A DNA stretch of 64,000 nt from Octopus vulgaris (lineage: Eukaryota): assembly GCA_951406725.2 (NCBI GenBank), contig OX597839.1, positions 25,420,001 through 25,484,000 of the forward strand, given 5' to 3'. Of this stretch, positions 49,241 to 62,568 are shown one piece after another. Position numbers and translations under genes: made by a program. Below the pieces are notes generated by a model. That model was not told where the DNA came from, searched no databases, and was given only the letters and a program-made list of their open reading frames with translations. How positions within the stretch are numbered: position 1 is the first letter of the stretch; each line of letters begins with the position of its first letter.

Positions 49241-50812
49241 TATATATATATATTTTTCAGCCTGATCTTTTATAAAGCTAATTGTAAAGGTCTTCAGAAA
49301 GAGATCCTGCCAGTCCCTCTTTGCAGGATATTGGCACAACACTACAGCACTTTATGACAATCATAACACATACAGTTACATTTGCTACAGAGAAAATGCC
49401 AAACCAACAGAAAACCATAATTTCCAGAAACAGGAAAATCCTAATCCCGATTAACGATGACCTCAACTTATCTAAGGAGGTCAGTGAAGGAGATCAAAAA
49501 ATCCTGTCTCAAACAAGCACTCCTTGAGATTGAAAATAAACTCAAACATTCCCAGAAGATAATGACTTGCTCCCTGACACCCAACATAGCTTAGACAGAC
49601 AAATAGATCTCATTTCGATTATATCGACCCCAGTGCATAACTGGTACTTCTTTAATCGACCCCGAAAGGATGAAAGGCAAAGTCGACCTTGGTGGAATTT
49701 GAACTCAGAACATAAAGACAGACGAAATACCCATTTCTTTACTACCCACAAGGGGCTAAACACAGAGGGGACAAACAAGGACAGACAAACGGATAAAGTC
49801 GATTACATCGACCCCAGTGCATAACTGGATTACCTCTGGGAACAGTCTTAAGGCTGCTGCTGTTTGTGGTGGCTTTCTCAGACATGTCATCAGCTATAGA
49901 GGGAGCTACTAGTGTTAGTTATGCCACTGAAAAGGAGAGGGTAGAAAAAAGAAGCCAGGGCTGTCAATGTGAAGGTAAACTCTGAAGTCTTCTGTAGATT
50001 TGTAAAAGAGTCTGCTTCAGTATGGTACAAGATGAGGCCATTCATCATCATCATCATCATTTAACATCCGCTCTCCATGCTGGCATGGGTTGGACGGTTT
50101 GACTGGAGCTGATGGGCCAGAGTCTGCACCAGGTTTCAGTCTGATTCGGCATAACTGGTACTTCTTTAATCGACCCCGAAAGGATGAAAGGCAAAGTCGA
50201 CCTTGGTGGAATTTGAACTCAGAACATAAAGACAGACGAAATACCCATTTCTTTACTAAAATGCCCTTCCTAACGCCAACCATTCCAGGAGTGTAATGGG
50301 TGCTTTTTACATGCCACTGGCACAGGTACCATTTACACCGGCAACAACCACGACTACGATTCACAGGTGGGTGGCATACATGGCACCAGCAATGACCCCA
50401 ATGATTCATGATGCCATTTGCATGGCACTGGCAACGACTATGACTCACAGGTGCCATTTACTTGGCACCACCATTGTTCAAAGAAAATGGTTCAACTGAA
50501 TGCAGGGTCTTAATGGATAAATGGAATACTGAATGTGCAACGCAAAAATGTACAAAAGTGTTTTTACATTTCAACTGAGACACTTGCAAATAAGTATGGC
50601 AAAGGTTTTTGACACCTGATGAAGGGATGGCAATTAATGATTGTTGTAATATCAGCCATTGATAAAATGAACTTAAACTCAACCACAAGCCCTGATGTAT
50701 TCCCAGCAACCCTCTAAAAAACAAGCGCAAAGGATCTCTAGCAAGATCAGGGCAGATTTTCTTCCAAAGTTTCTTTGCAAGTGGTAGACTTCCCAGAAAG
50801 TTGAAGTAAGGT

Positions 50813-52018
50813 GGAATTTGAACTCAGAACATAGTGACAGATGAAATACCTACAGAGAGGACAAACATGGACAGACAAACGGATTAAGTCGATTATATCG
50901 ACCCCAGTGCATAACTGGTACTTATTTAATCGACCCCGAAAGGATGAAAGGCAAAGTCGACCTCGGTGGAATTTGAACTCAGAACGTAGTGACAGACGAA
51001 ATACCTATAAAGGAAGAAGCAGAACAGATACTAAGAATTCTAGGCTTGGCTCTTTCACTTTGCATATCAGCAAAATCATGGAAACGAGTTGTCAGGAGGA
51101 AACTGGTTACATTGCTAGGAGATAACCGTTTCTACTTTAGGCACAAGGCCCAAAATTTTGGGGGAAGGAGCCAGTCGATTAGATCGACCCCCAGTATGCA
51201 ACTGGTACTTAATTTATCGACCCCGAAAGGATGAAAGGCAAGGTCAACCTCGGCGGACATTCCCAGAAGATAATGACTTGCTCCCTGACACCCAACATAG
51301 CTTAGATAGACAAATGGATCTCATTTCGATTATATCGACCCCAGTGCATAACTGGTACTTATTTAATCGACCCCGAAAGGATGAAAGGCAAAGTTGACCT
51401 CGGTGGAATTTGAACTTAGAACATAGTGGCAGACGAAATACCTATTTCTTTACTACCCACAAGGGGCTAAACACAGAGAGGACAAACAAGGATAGACAAA
51501 CAGATTAAGTCGATTATATCGATCCCAGTGCATAACTGGTACTTATTTAATCAACCCCCGAAAGGATGAAAGGCAATGTCGACCTCGGTGGAATTTGAAC
51601 TCAGAACATAGTGGCAGACGAAATACCTATTTCTTTACTACCCACAAGGGCCTAAACACAAAGAGGACAAACAAGGACAGACAAACAGATTAAGTCGATT
51701 ATATCGATCCCAGTGCATAACTGGTACTTATTTAATCAACCCCCGAAAGGATGAAAGGCAAAGTCGACCTCGGTGGAATTTGAACTCAGAACATAGTGGC
51801 AGACGAAATACCTATTTCTTTACTACCCACAAGGGGCTAAACACAGAGAGGACAAACAAGGACAGACAAACGGATTAAGTCGATTATATCAACCCCAGTG
51901 CGTAATTTAATTGACCCCGAAAGGATGAAAGGCAAAGTTGAACTCAGAACGTAATGGCAGACGAAATGCCGCTAAGCATTTTGCCCGGTGTGCTAACGTT
52001 TCTGCCAGCTCGCTGCCC
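50813..52018 (-). repeat. Head-to-tail multimer of family-2 SINE (185-bp period)
   Basis: Junction GAAATACCTATTTC at ~51441, 51626, 51811; one complete head at ~52018. Confidence 0.88.
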
Positions 52019-52074
52019 TTACACAGCTTCTGCAGTGTTCTGCCTGGTTATTGAAACAAATTATGACTCACTCA

Positions 52075-53640
52075 AACATGGATGTAATATATTTTGAATT
52101 TGCAAAGGCCTTTGATAAGGTTGATCACAAGAGGATAGGTTTCACTATGGAGACTTGAACATAGTTGGAAAACTGAGAGATTGGTTACATGACATCTAAA
52201 CCCTTTCGATACTAAACTGGCTGAAACCACCTCTGACTCTGCAGTACAAATGTCTTGTTTTCAAAAGTTAGTCACAATTTATGTTCCTAACACTAGCTTC
52301 AATGATAACCAAGTTATTTTACTAAATTCTTTGTTATATTTAAAATGAATTGAAAGAAACCCAGAGCATCTCAACAGAAATATGGTAAGAAAAGGGTTAA
52401 AGACAGTCAGTCAACTTCAATTTGCACAAGATTTGGCTGCTATTTCTAACAAGTCAAACAATTATGTGAAACAAAATCTGCAAATAAACCCTTTCGATAC
52501 AAACCCAGCTGAAACCACCTCTGGCTCTGTAGTACAAATGTCTTGCTTTCAAAAGTCCTGAATTAAAATCTTCCACCAAACCTTAGTCACAATTTATGTT
52601 CCTTACACTAGCTTAATGATAATGAAGTTCTTTTACTAAATTCTTTATTATATTTAAAATTATTTGAAAGAAACACAGATAGTCTCAACAGAAATATGGT
52701 AACAAAAGGGTTAAAAGACAGAAGCCAGGCTGGAGCAGCCAGTGCAGCCCCTTCCAAGGAGATATTAATAGCAACTGGATTACCTCTGGGAACAGTCTTA
52801 AGGCTGCTGCTGTTTGTGGTGGCTTTCTCAGACATGTCATCAGCTATAGAGGGAGCTACTAGTATTAGTTATGCCACTGACACAAAAGTAGCACTTGTGG
52901 TCAAGTATCCTCTTGATGCTAATCTTCTTTAGAAAGATCTTGATATCATATTTAGACGAACTGAAGATAACAACATGCAGTTTAATGCCGGAAAATTCCA
53001 AACCTTCCGCTGTGAGCCAGCTTGTGCTAACATTCCGCAACAAAGATGTGTTGGTCCGAAAGGAGCAGCAATCGCAGAGTCGAGCCCAGTGTGCGACATG
53101 GAGATTGATGTGGTTAACAATACCTCGTTTCAAGTACATATCACCAAGAAGGTGGCAATGTGAGGGTAAGTGACCAGAAGGATTCTGAGAACTTTCAGAA
53201 CAAGGGACCAGGAAAGTATACTGGTCCTATAGAGGACATTAGCCCTTAGCTGGCTGGACTACTGTTGTCAACTATGGTCACTCCACAGTGTCAAATTGAT
53301 AGAACTTGAGGCAGTTCAGTGGTGCCATACCAAGAAGGTTGCATCAATGCAACCGTTGAGCCCCTGGGAGAGACTTGAAAGCATTACACCTGTGCTTCCT
53401 GGAACAAAGACAGGAGAGATGTGCTGTGATAGACATATGGAAAATCCTAGAGGAGCAAGCACCAAAGTTTAGCATTGGGAGTTACACCAGGCTCTGAACA
53501 GAATGCTTACTGCACTGTTCCGGAGGTCCTGTGCATCCTGTCTAGAATAAGGACCAAGTGCTGCAATAATTTGGGATTCAAAGGTCCACAACTATTTAAG
53601 TTTTTGCCAAAAACATGGGCAATCTACATAGATTGGGGAT
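52075..53640 (+). mobile_element. Old CR1-like LINE reverse-transcriptase relic interrupted by TTAA MITEs
   Basis: Decayed RT motifs DVIYFEFAKAFDKVDH, GLPLGTVLRLLLF, SYATDTK, MQFNAGKFQ, LDYCCQLWS. Confidence 0.75.
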
Positions 53641-54062
53641 AAATGTTTCCAAGGAACACTTTGATATATATGGGGCTGCTGTTCTTATTTCTTTATTGCC
53701 CACAAGGGGCTAAACATAGAGGGGACAAAGAAGGACAGACAAAGGGATTAAGTCGATTACATCGACCCCAGTGTGTAACTGGTACTTAATTTATTGACCC
53801 CGAAAGGCAAAGTCGACCTCGGCGGAATTTGAACTCAGAACATAACGGCAGACGAAATACGGCTACGCACTTCACCTGGCGTGCCAACGTTTCTGCCAGC
53901 TCACCGCCATATTTATGGGGGCTGCTGTTCTTGCCCCACTTGCTCCATTCTGTTCTTCTCAGGTGTGTATTCTTATGTGAACATACCTTTGTATTCTTGT
54001 TTGTGTCGTAGTTTTTAGTAGCATTGTGGCCTTCCCCGTAGCTGCCCCATAGATATATACAT

Positions 54063-54418
54063 ATTCTTTCAATCTTTTACTTGGTTCAGGAATTTGACTG
54101 CAGCCATGCTGGAGCACTGCCTTTAGTTGAACAAATCGATTCCAGGATTTGATCTTTGTAAGCCTAGTAATTATTCCAGCAGTCTCTTTTGCTGAACTGC
54201 AATGGTGGTGGTGGTGGTGGGGGGGCATACACACACACACACACATACATATATATATGCGACAGGCTTCTTTTCAGTTTCCGTCTACCAAATTCACTCA
54301 CAAGGCATTGGTTGGCCTAAGGCTATAGTAGAAGACACTTGCCCAAGCTGCCATGCAGTAGGACTGAACCCGGAACCATGTGGTTGGGTAGGCAGCTTCT
54401 TACCACACAGCCACACCT
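54063..54418 (-). mobile_element. Family-1 SINE
   Basis: Reverse-complement match, diverged. Confidence 0.8.
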
Positions 54419-54706
54419 GTGAACTAAAGTGTAAAATTTATATTATTAAAAAATGATAATTTAAACTGATTAGAACTACCAGTGAAATCATCCTTTTTCT
54501 TTTCTCAAATATATGTATACAGGGTTACATACGTTGCCCATTCTGCAGGTGGTGGCCACATTGAACACTTGTAAGACAGGAAATTAAAGTTGATTGTGAG
54601 TAAATACTTGGGACTTAGCTGGAGTTTTCTATTACTTTTCCTCATTAAAATATTGCGTAATGAAATTGGTGCATTCTTTCTGAATAGACCTGTAAATGTA
54701 TATCAG

Positions 54707-56173
54707 CATCATCATTTAACGTCCGTTCTCCATGCTAGCATGAGTTGGACGGTTCGACCGGGGATCTGGGAAGCCAGAAGGCTGCACCAGGCTCCAGTCT
54801 GATCTGGCAATGTTTCTACAGCTGGATGCCCTTCCTAACACCAACCACTCCGTGAGTGTAGTGGGTACTTTTTACGTGCCACTTGCACTGGTGCCAGGCG
54901 AGGCTGGTATCGGCCACGGTCGGATTGGTGCATTTTACGTGCCACCTGCACGGAAGCCAGTCGAGGCGGCACTGGCTTCGGCCACGATTCGGATAGTGCT
55001 TTTTACGTGCCACTGGCACGGGCCAGAGGAGGCTGACAAACAGCCACGATTGGTTGGTGCTTTTACGTGTCACCGACACGGACGCCCATCAGGCAGCGCT
55101 GGCATCTGCCATGTTCAGACGGTGCCTTTACGTGTCACCAGCACGGGTGTCTTAACTACAATATCAATATGCTTTTTATTTTGATGTTGATGAACTTGAC
55201 TCAATAGGTCTCCTCAAGCACACAGGCCGTCCTGCAAGCCATTAACTCACTTCATTTGTCGGGTTTTCAAAGTCACAGCATATTTCCAGAGGTCTCAGTC
55301 TTTCGTCATAGCCTCTGTGAGGCTCAACGTACGAAGGTCATGCTTGACCACATCGTCCCATGTCTTCCTGGGTCTACCTCTACTCCGGATTCCTTCAACC
55401 GTTTGGGAGTGGCACTTCTTCACACATCTCTCCTCATCCATCTGTAGTACATGACCATTCCAATGCAATCGTCTCTCTTGTATGCTGCATCCGATGCTTC
55501 TTATGCCCAACATTTCTCTCAGGGCACTTACACTCTGTCGTGCATGGACACTGACATTACACATCCAGCGGATCATGCTAGCTTGATTTCTTTCGAGCCT
55601 ACGCATATCCTCCACATTCAAGGCAGTTCGCACACATGCGTCATACAATCTGCCTTTCACTCTGAGTGAGAGACCCTTTGTCATCAGTAGGGGTAGAAGC
55701 TTCCTAAACTTTGCCCAGGCTATTCTTATTCTAGTGGTAACACTCTCTGAGCATCTACCCCCGCTACTAACTTGGTAGCGGAAACTATCAACTACTAGTT
55801 TCTCCCCCAGGAGTGTAATGGAATCTGTTTTCTGAGTATCTGTGGTGTCTATTGTCCCTGTGCATCTACCGCACATGAAAGCTATCTTCTCGGTTAATCT
55901 TCCTTTGATGTTGCTGCACCTCTTATGTGTCCATTGCTTACACTGGGTACATCTTATGGAGTTTCTACCTACACCTTTTCTACAGATTGAGCAGGGCCAC
56001 CTACCTGAAGGGGTGTGTGGTGTGTTTGCCTTCCTACTTACTAGAACTTTGGTCTTTGCTACATTGACTCTAAACCTAGCTTCCACACAGGAAATTTCTT
56101 CTCTAGTTCCGGTAGTGATTCTGCTACAAGGGCTAGGTCATCAGCATAGAGGAGCTCCCAGGGACAACTCGTC
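54707..56173 (-). mobile_element. RTE-clade LINE, 5'-truncated (RT C-terminus + PHD-like finger + long repeat-containing 3'UTR)
   Basis: ELLYADDL, RVNVAKTKV, C4HC3 finger, RIRIAWAKF, GRPRKTW; the ORF runs into the abundant GGAAGGGCATCCAGC repeat ending in (GAT)n. Confidence 0.88.
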
Positions 56174-57862
56174 TTGAATTCATATATATATATATGTATA
56201 TATGATGATGATGATGATGATATATATATATATGTATGTATTGTTATCAATTTGTGTTGCAAGGTTCCTGATGTAAAATTGTGTTGAAACCGATATTGTT
56301 GTATATCACACCACCCACATCTTTACACCTACACATACATATCACATCACAACACACCACCCATCCCCACTTCTCCACACCCACACAAGTCCAGACCACC
56401 AGCCCTCTTTCACACGCACATACATACTCTCTTTTACACACACGCACCTTTGTGTTGGGGGCACCTTCGTATTGGAAGTCACTTGACCCTGTTATCTCCC
56501 CTACTGTCCCTCTCGCGTCTGACCATTGTCCAAAGTCAGGACGCCATGATAGATCATTAGCTACTACACGCTTTTTTTTATTTTTCTCTCCTTGTTTTTG
56601 TTGTGTCCCTTTCTGTCGAAGAGCATAGGCTCGAAACGTAAAAGACTTTTTCTATTCCTGAGCACTATACTAATACATTTGTTTGTTTGTACTTCACCTG
56701 CCTTCGTCTTTTGTTTATTTTCGTAAACCTTCCCGTTATATATCTAGATGGTCATTGTTTTTTTTTGTTTTTTGCCAAGTAAACACACGCGCAATATATA
56801 TTTGTTCTTCACTCTTTTATTACTGTTCATATTTTATTATTGTAACTCCTGTCCATTGTCTGGAAATCTTTTGTCACACATCTGTGACCTCTTCAGTAAC
56901 ACTTTTTGTTTTCGTGTGTGTTCTTGCTCCACTCCATTCTGTTCTTCTCAAGTGTGTATCCTTGTGTGTGCATGCTTTTGTGTTCTTGTTTCTGTGTCAT
57001 AGTTTTTAGCACACACAAACAAGGACAACCTCGCTGAAACCGCCTCTGGTTCTGTAGTACAAATGTCTTGCTTTCAAAAGTCCTGAATTAAAACCTTCCA
57101 CCAAACCTTAGTCACAATTTATGTTCCTAACACTAGCTTAATGATAACGAAGTTATTTTACCAAATTCTTTGTTATATTTAAAATCAATTGAGAGAAACT
57201 CAGAGCATCTCAACAGAAATATGGTAACGAAAGGGTTAAAGACAGTCAGTCAACTTCAATTTGCTCAAGATTTGGCTGCTGTTTCTAACAAGTCAAACAA
57301 TTATGTGAAACAAAATCTGCAAATTAACCCTTTCGTTACCAACCTGCCTGAAACCACCTCTGGCTCTGTAGTACAAATGTCTTGCTTTCAAAAGTCCTGA
57401 ATTAAAATATTCCACCAAACCTTAGTCACAATTTATGTTCCTAACTCCAGCTGAATGATAACGAAGTTATTTTACTAAATTCTTTGTTATATTTAAAATG
57501 AATTGAAAGAAACTCAGAGCATCTCAACAGACGATAATAGAAGCGTTAAATTCTGTTTTTATTATCATTGATGCTGTGATAGATTTATATTTTGTTGTTT
57601 ACCACCTCTGTTTAGGATTCCTAGTAATCTTGTGGTTAAACAGCACCAGAGGGCGTGTTGAACATCTTCCCCAGGGTTTACTACAGTCCTGAGCCTAACT
57701 AAAACTTTCGCATTTTCTTTTTTCCCCATCTGCAAAAAAATAAATACAAAATACTTAATAAAGACCCCTTTGTAATTTGTGCACAGATTGAAACCCCTAA
57801 CGCCGTTACCTAGTTAACCCCTGAAGCTATTTCAGCATACAAGTTAAAAATGAGATACTTAA

Positions 57863-58083
57863 CCCTTTAGTGTTTGCATTATTCTGCCAAAATTAATGCT
57901 TTTTCATCCACATTGTTTCGAACTAATCATGCCTTATCTTGTAGCTATGAGAATTTGATGAGGTAGCTGTTACTTTTTAAAACAACATTGTAGGGTTGGT
58001 GTGAGAGACCAGATCTGGCCAGTTTGAACATAAAACAGGCAGAATACTTTTGGCCGGATATGGCCGGTTTAAATGCTAAAGGG
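57863..58083. mobile_element. piggyBac-type TTAA MITE, family B
   Basis: TTAA TSD, CCCTTTAG/CTAAAGGG termini. Confidence 0.8.
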
Positions 58084-60852
58084 TTAAATCTGTTTTCATC
58101 ATGCCCATGCTGGCAGACTGGTGACACTTAAAAAGCACCATCCAAGCGTGGTTGTTGCCAGTGACGCCTAACTGACCTGACCCTTGTGCAGGTAGCATGT
58201 TAAAGACCACCCACTACGCTCTTGGAGTGGTTGGCATTAGGAAGAACATCCGACTGTAGAAACACTGCCAGATCAGATTGGAGCCTGGTACAGCCTCCTG
58301 GTTCGCCAGTCCTCGCTCAGACCGTCCAACCCATGCCAGCATGGAAAGTGGATGTTAAATGAAGAGGAGGAGGAGGGGGATTTTTGATCTGATGCTGTGA
58401 TAGATTTAAGTATTTTGTTGTTTACCACCTCTGTTCGGGATTCCTAGTAGTCTTGTGGTTAAATAGCACCAGAGGGTGTTCTGAACATCTTCCCCAGGGT
58501 TTAGTACTGTCCTCAGCCTAACTAAAACTTTCGCATCAGATGTTGTTGTACACCACTGGTCACAATGCACTTCCAATTTTGTTTCGTTGCGCCATTGTTT
58601 TCCATCTTAAATTGCTTGACTAAATCGTCTTTTGTCATCAGGGAGGCATTTATATATAGCTAGCTTTCCCAATACGTTTGGATCCCTTCCTGGCAATCTT
58701 CATAAAGGGTGTTAGTTCACTTCCTGTCGTTTCAAGACACGAGTGAAACAAAAAAACAACTTTAATTTAACCCCTTAGTGTTCACATTATTCTGCCAAAA
58801 TTAATCCTTTTTCATCCACATTGTTTTGAATTAATCATGCATTATCTTGGTGCTATGAGATTTTGATGAGGTAGCTGTTAATTTCTAAAATGATATTGTA
58901 GGGTTGGTGTGAGAGACCAGATCTGGCCAGTTTGCACATAAAACAGGCAGAATACTTTTGGCCGGTTTAAATGCTAAAGGGTTAAAGTTGAGTGGAGATT
59001 GAAACCCAACCTACATTTACTTAACTAAAGTACGTACCAACACCTTTAGCTATCAATCTATGAAGACAACATATCTGAGAATAAGACTTGTTGCAACTTT
59101 CAGTGAGGATTGATCCAGAACCTAGGTGTGCATCATTTAATATCCTCACGTTAGATTCTAGAATGTTCTTTCTTGGCAGCTTTTACATTCGTAACGTTGT
59201 TCATTTGACCTTTATGCATCAACATATATTTGACAGTAGTATCATCTCTCTCTCTCTCTCCACACACACACACATATATATATACACATATATACATACC
59301 AGTTGTTAGTTGTCGGAGCACTGCATCCTTCAAAACTTCCATGCTTCCTGAGATTCGCCAACACTACACCTGATTTTCTCCCCTCCTTACACACACAAGC
59401 ATGTATCTGACTCATACACTGTTCGCTTCCCAGACATTTGTACATTACTGCATGTACTTTATATGCACTTTCTGACAAGTTGTGGTGCACCTGAGCACTG
59501 TATACAATAATTTCATTATATTATTATACATACACACCTGAGTTGTCAAACATTTAAACCAAATTTTCTCAAAACAACTTGTCCGACCATCCCATAGGCC
59601 TCCCCTTTGAGAAACACTGATTTAACCTAAATTTGAGACACCATCAAAAAAAGAAATAAAGATAAACTTTTTTTTCTATTCCAAAGAATGCTTTATCGAT
59701 CGCATTCTCACCTGGAATCGATTTTTGTAAGTTTTTCAAGACTTATACATGCCCTGATACCGTCGGTATCTACATATCAATTTTGAGCGCAATTGGATGT
59801 AGGATGCCCGAGATCCTAGAAGACACACACACAGACAGAACGGATTATATATAAGGGATATATATATGTATGTATGAGTCTATTCTATGATTTAGCAACC
59901 CTTATATGTAATTTTTGTCTGTTTTTTTAGCAAATATTACCGTGATGAGATTCATACCTATAAATATGAAACGGTCATTATAAAGAGACCGATAGAATAA
60001 GTACTGGGCTTACAAAGAGTAAGTCCCTGGAGCCGAAGACTTTGTTGCAAGTAACAGCTCTTCTTGGTTAGTCAATATCCAGAAATGTTAGCATGCCGGG
60101 CGAAATGCGTAGCCGTATTTCGTCTGTCGTTACGTTCTGAGTTCAAATTCCGCCGAGGTCGACTTTGCCTTTCATCCTTTCGGGGTCGATAAATTAAGTA
60201 CCAGTTACGCACGGTGGTCGATGTAATCGACTTAATACCTATGTCTGTGCTTGTTTGTCCCCTCTTGTCTTTAGCCCCTTGTGGGTAATAAAGAAATAGG
60301 TATTTCTTCAATATGAATAGCTTGTTTATTTCCCCCAACTTAGTGCAGCAACCTACTGAATATTTTAAGCCATCCATGCCAACCACTCCGTAGATATCCT
60401 ATTACATTTACATCCTATTCACATTGCTATCTGTAACAATGATTCTTTCTCGTCCCAGCCAACACAAAATAGCTTCCGACTGCTAGCTTATCATGCCTTA
60501 CCACTAAAGCATTCTTTTCAAATCTAAGTTACCTGGCTTCCTCGACTCACATACACACACATTCAGGCCACGTCTTGCACTTTTTTCGTTACCAAATAAA
60601 CACACTCACTGTATATTCGTTCTCCACTCATTCATTACGGTTCTTATTCTAACTTGAGTCCGTTGCCCAGAAATTTTTCATCACACATCTGTGACCTCTT
60701 CCAGCACCACATGGAGATGGAAATTTCTGGCCTTATGCTTAGAGTAGAAAAGATTCTACAAGGCAGCGAGCTGGCAATTTGCCTCGGGAATTTTGGCCGT
60801 AGGAAAGCTCGCCACATAGGAAATTTTGCTGCAAGACAACTTACCGGCATTT

Positions 60853-61365
60853 AGGCGGCGAGCTGGCAGAGTCGTTAGCACGCCGGGTGAAATGCTTAGC
60901 AGTATTTCGTCTGCCGTTACGTTCTGAGTTCAAATTCCGCCGAGATCGACTTTGCCTTTCATCCTTTCGGGGTCGATAAATTAAGTACCAGTTATGCACT
61001 GGGGTCGAAGTAATCGACTTAATCCCTTTGTCTGTCCTTGTTTGTCTTCTCTGTGTTTAGCCCCTTGTGGGTAGTAAAGAAATAGGTATTTAGGGCTAGG
61101 GTTTGTTTGCCTTTACGTTCTGAGTTCAAATTCCGTCGAGGTCGACTTTGCCTTTCATCCTTTCGGGGTCAATAAATTAAGTACCAGTTATGCACTGGGG
61201 TAGGGTTTGTTTGCCTTTACGTTCTGAGTTCAAATTCTGTCGAGGTCGACTTTGCCTTTCATCCTTTCGGGGTCAATAAATTAAGTACCAGTTGCATACT
61301 GCAGTTGATCTAATTAACTGCACCCCCCCTCAACAAACATCTCGGGCCTTGTGCCTAGAGTAGAA
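60853..61365 (+). mobile_element. tRNA-derived SINE family 2 with partial repeats
   Basis: GGCGGCGAGCTGGCAGA head, B box GAGTTCAAATTCC, central GGTCGACTTTGCCTTTCATCCTTTCGGGGTCGATAAATTAAGTACCAG; other copies at ~442-626, 4029-4185, 24662-24860, 43443-43638, 53685-53909, 60080-60307. Confidence 0.85.
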
Positions 61366-62286
61366 AAAAATACATGACTATAAAAAGTTATCCTCATTGG
61401 CTCATCAAACGCAAGGCTTAAAATTAATAGATTTTCAGTTTATTTTAGAGAAGAAAAAAAAATGTATCTTTTTGCTGCTGACTGGAATAATTTTATTTAT
61501 AATATTTTACATATTTTCTGTTGCTGAGTACCAAAATTTCTCCATTGCTGAAAGAAAATGTTCTCACTTAAGATTAAGGGACGTGGAGATAGTATTAAAA
61601 CTACCGGCCCCTAAACTTCTTTCTGTCCTGGTTTTATTTCCTCTTTGGTTCATTTGTCCCTTTCTCGGGTTTTTCTCGTGGGAGGGGAGAGGGGGGACAA
61701 AAAAAAAAAAATGTTTCAGTCCTTGAGAAATTTCAGAAAACAAAACTTCAGATCTTTTTGCACCTAGTTCGTTAATTAACCATGATGACCAAAAAAACAA
61801 AACAAAGAAAAAAAAAATATGCACATAATAATAATAATAATAAAAAAAAAGATGGAATCAAAAAGAAATGATGCTTTCGACAAATTGGCTTCACTAATTG
61901 GCCCTTTTTTTTTTGGTATTTGTTTGCGTAATTATTGTTGCAGATTTCTGTCTTAGTTAATTACATTGCAAAAAAAAAAACAAAAAAAAAATCCATAAAA
62001 ATAAAAAGAGTCAGTGAAACCACTTAAAAAAAACCGCAGGTACATAAGGTGAAACAGGTACATGAAATAGGGTCCATTACAAGGAATCCATGTGTCCCCC
62101 TCCTTGGGAGGTTTTGAAAGTGTGAATGTGTACATATATATATATACACACACACAAACAACGACACAATATGCATATATATATATCTATATATATATAT
62201 ATATGGTGATGACATGGTTGGAGAGTCCGAGAATCCAAACGTTCTCCAGTTTGTGAAATCCGAGAGTTTGTAGTCAAGGTTAAAGT

Positions 62287-62424
62287 TCAGTGTTTCACTC
62301 GAGAAAAGAAGGAAGAAGTTCTTTTCACTTTGCTTTCCTTGATCCGTTCTTCGGCCAATTCATTTCGATTCTCTTGAATTAGTCTCTTGCGCATCTGAAT
62401 GTCTATCAGATCCTCCATATCATT
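62287..62424 (-). CDS. Terminal coding exon of an unidentified gene entering from the right
   Basis: Pyrimidine tract + ttccag acceptor; [45 protein letters not shown]; followed by a unique U-rich 3'UTR-like region with AATAAA on the minus strand near 61492. Confidence 0.65.
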   Translation of the reverse strand, partial: NDMEDLIDIQMRKRLIQENRNELAEERIKESKVKRTSSFFSRVKH

Positions 62425-62491
62425 CTGGAAAGAAACAGAAGAAAAATGCATGAACGATATAAGCTAATATATATATATGTGTGTGTGTGTG

Positions 62492-62568
<77 letters not shown>

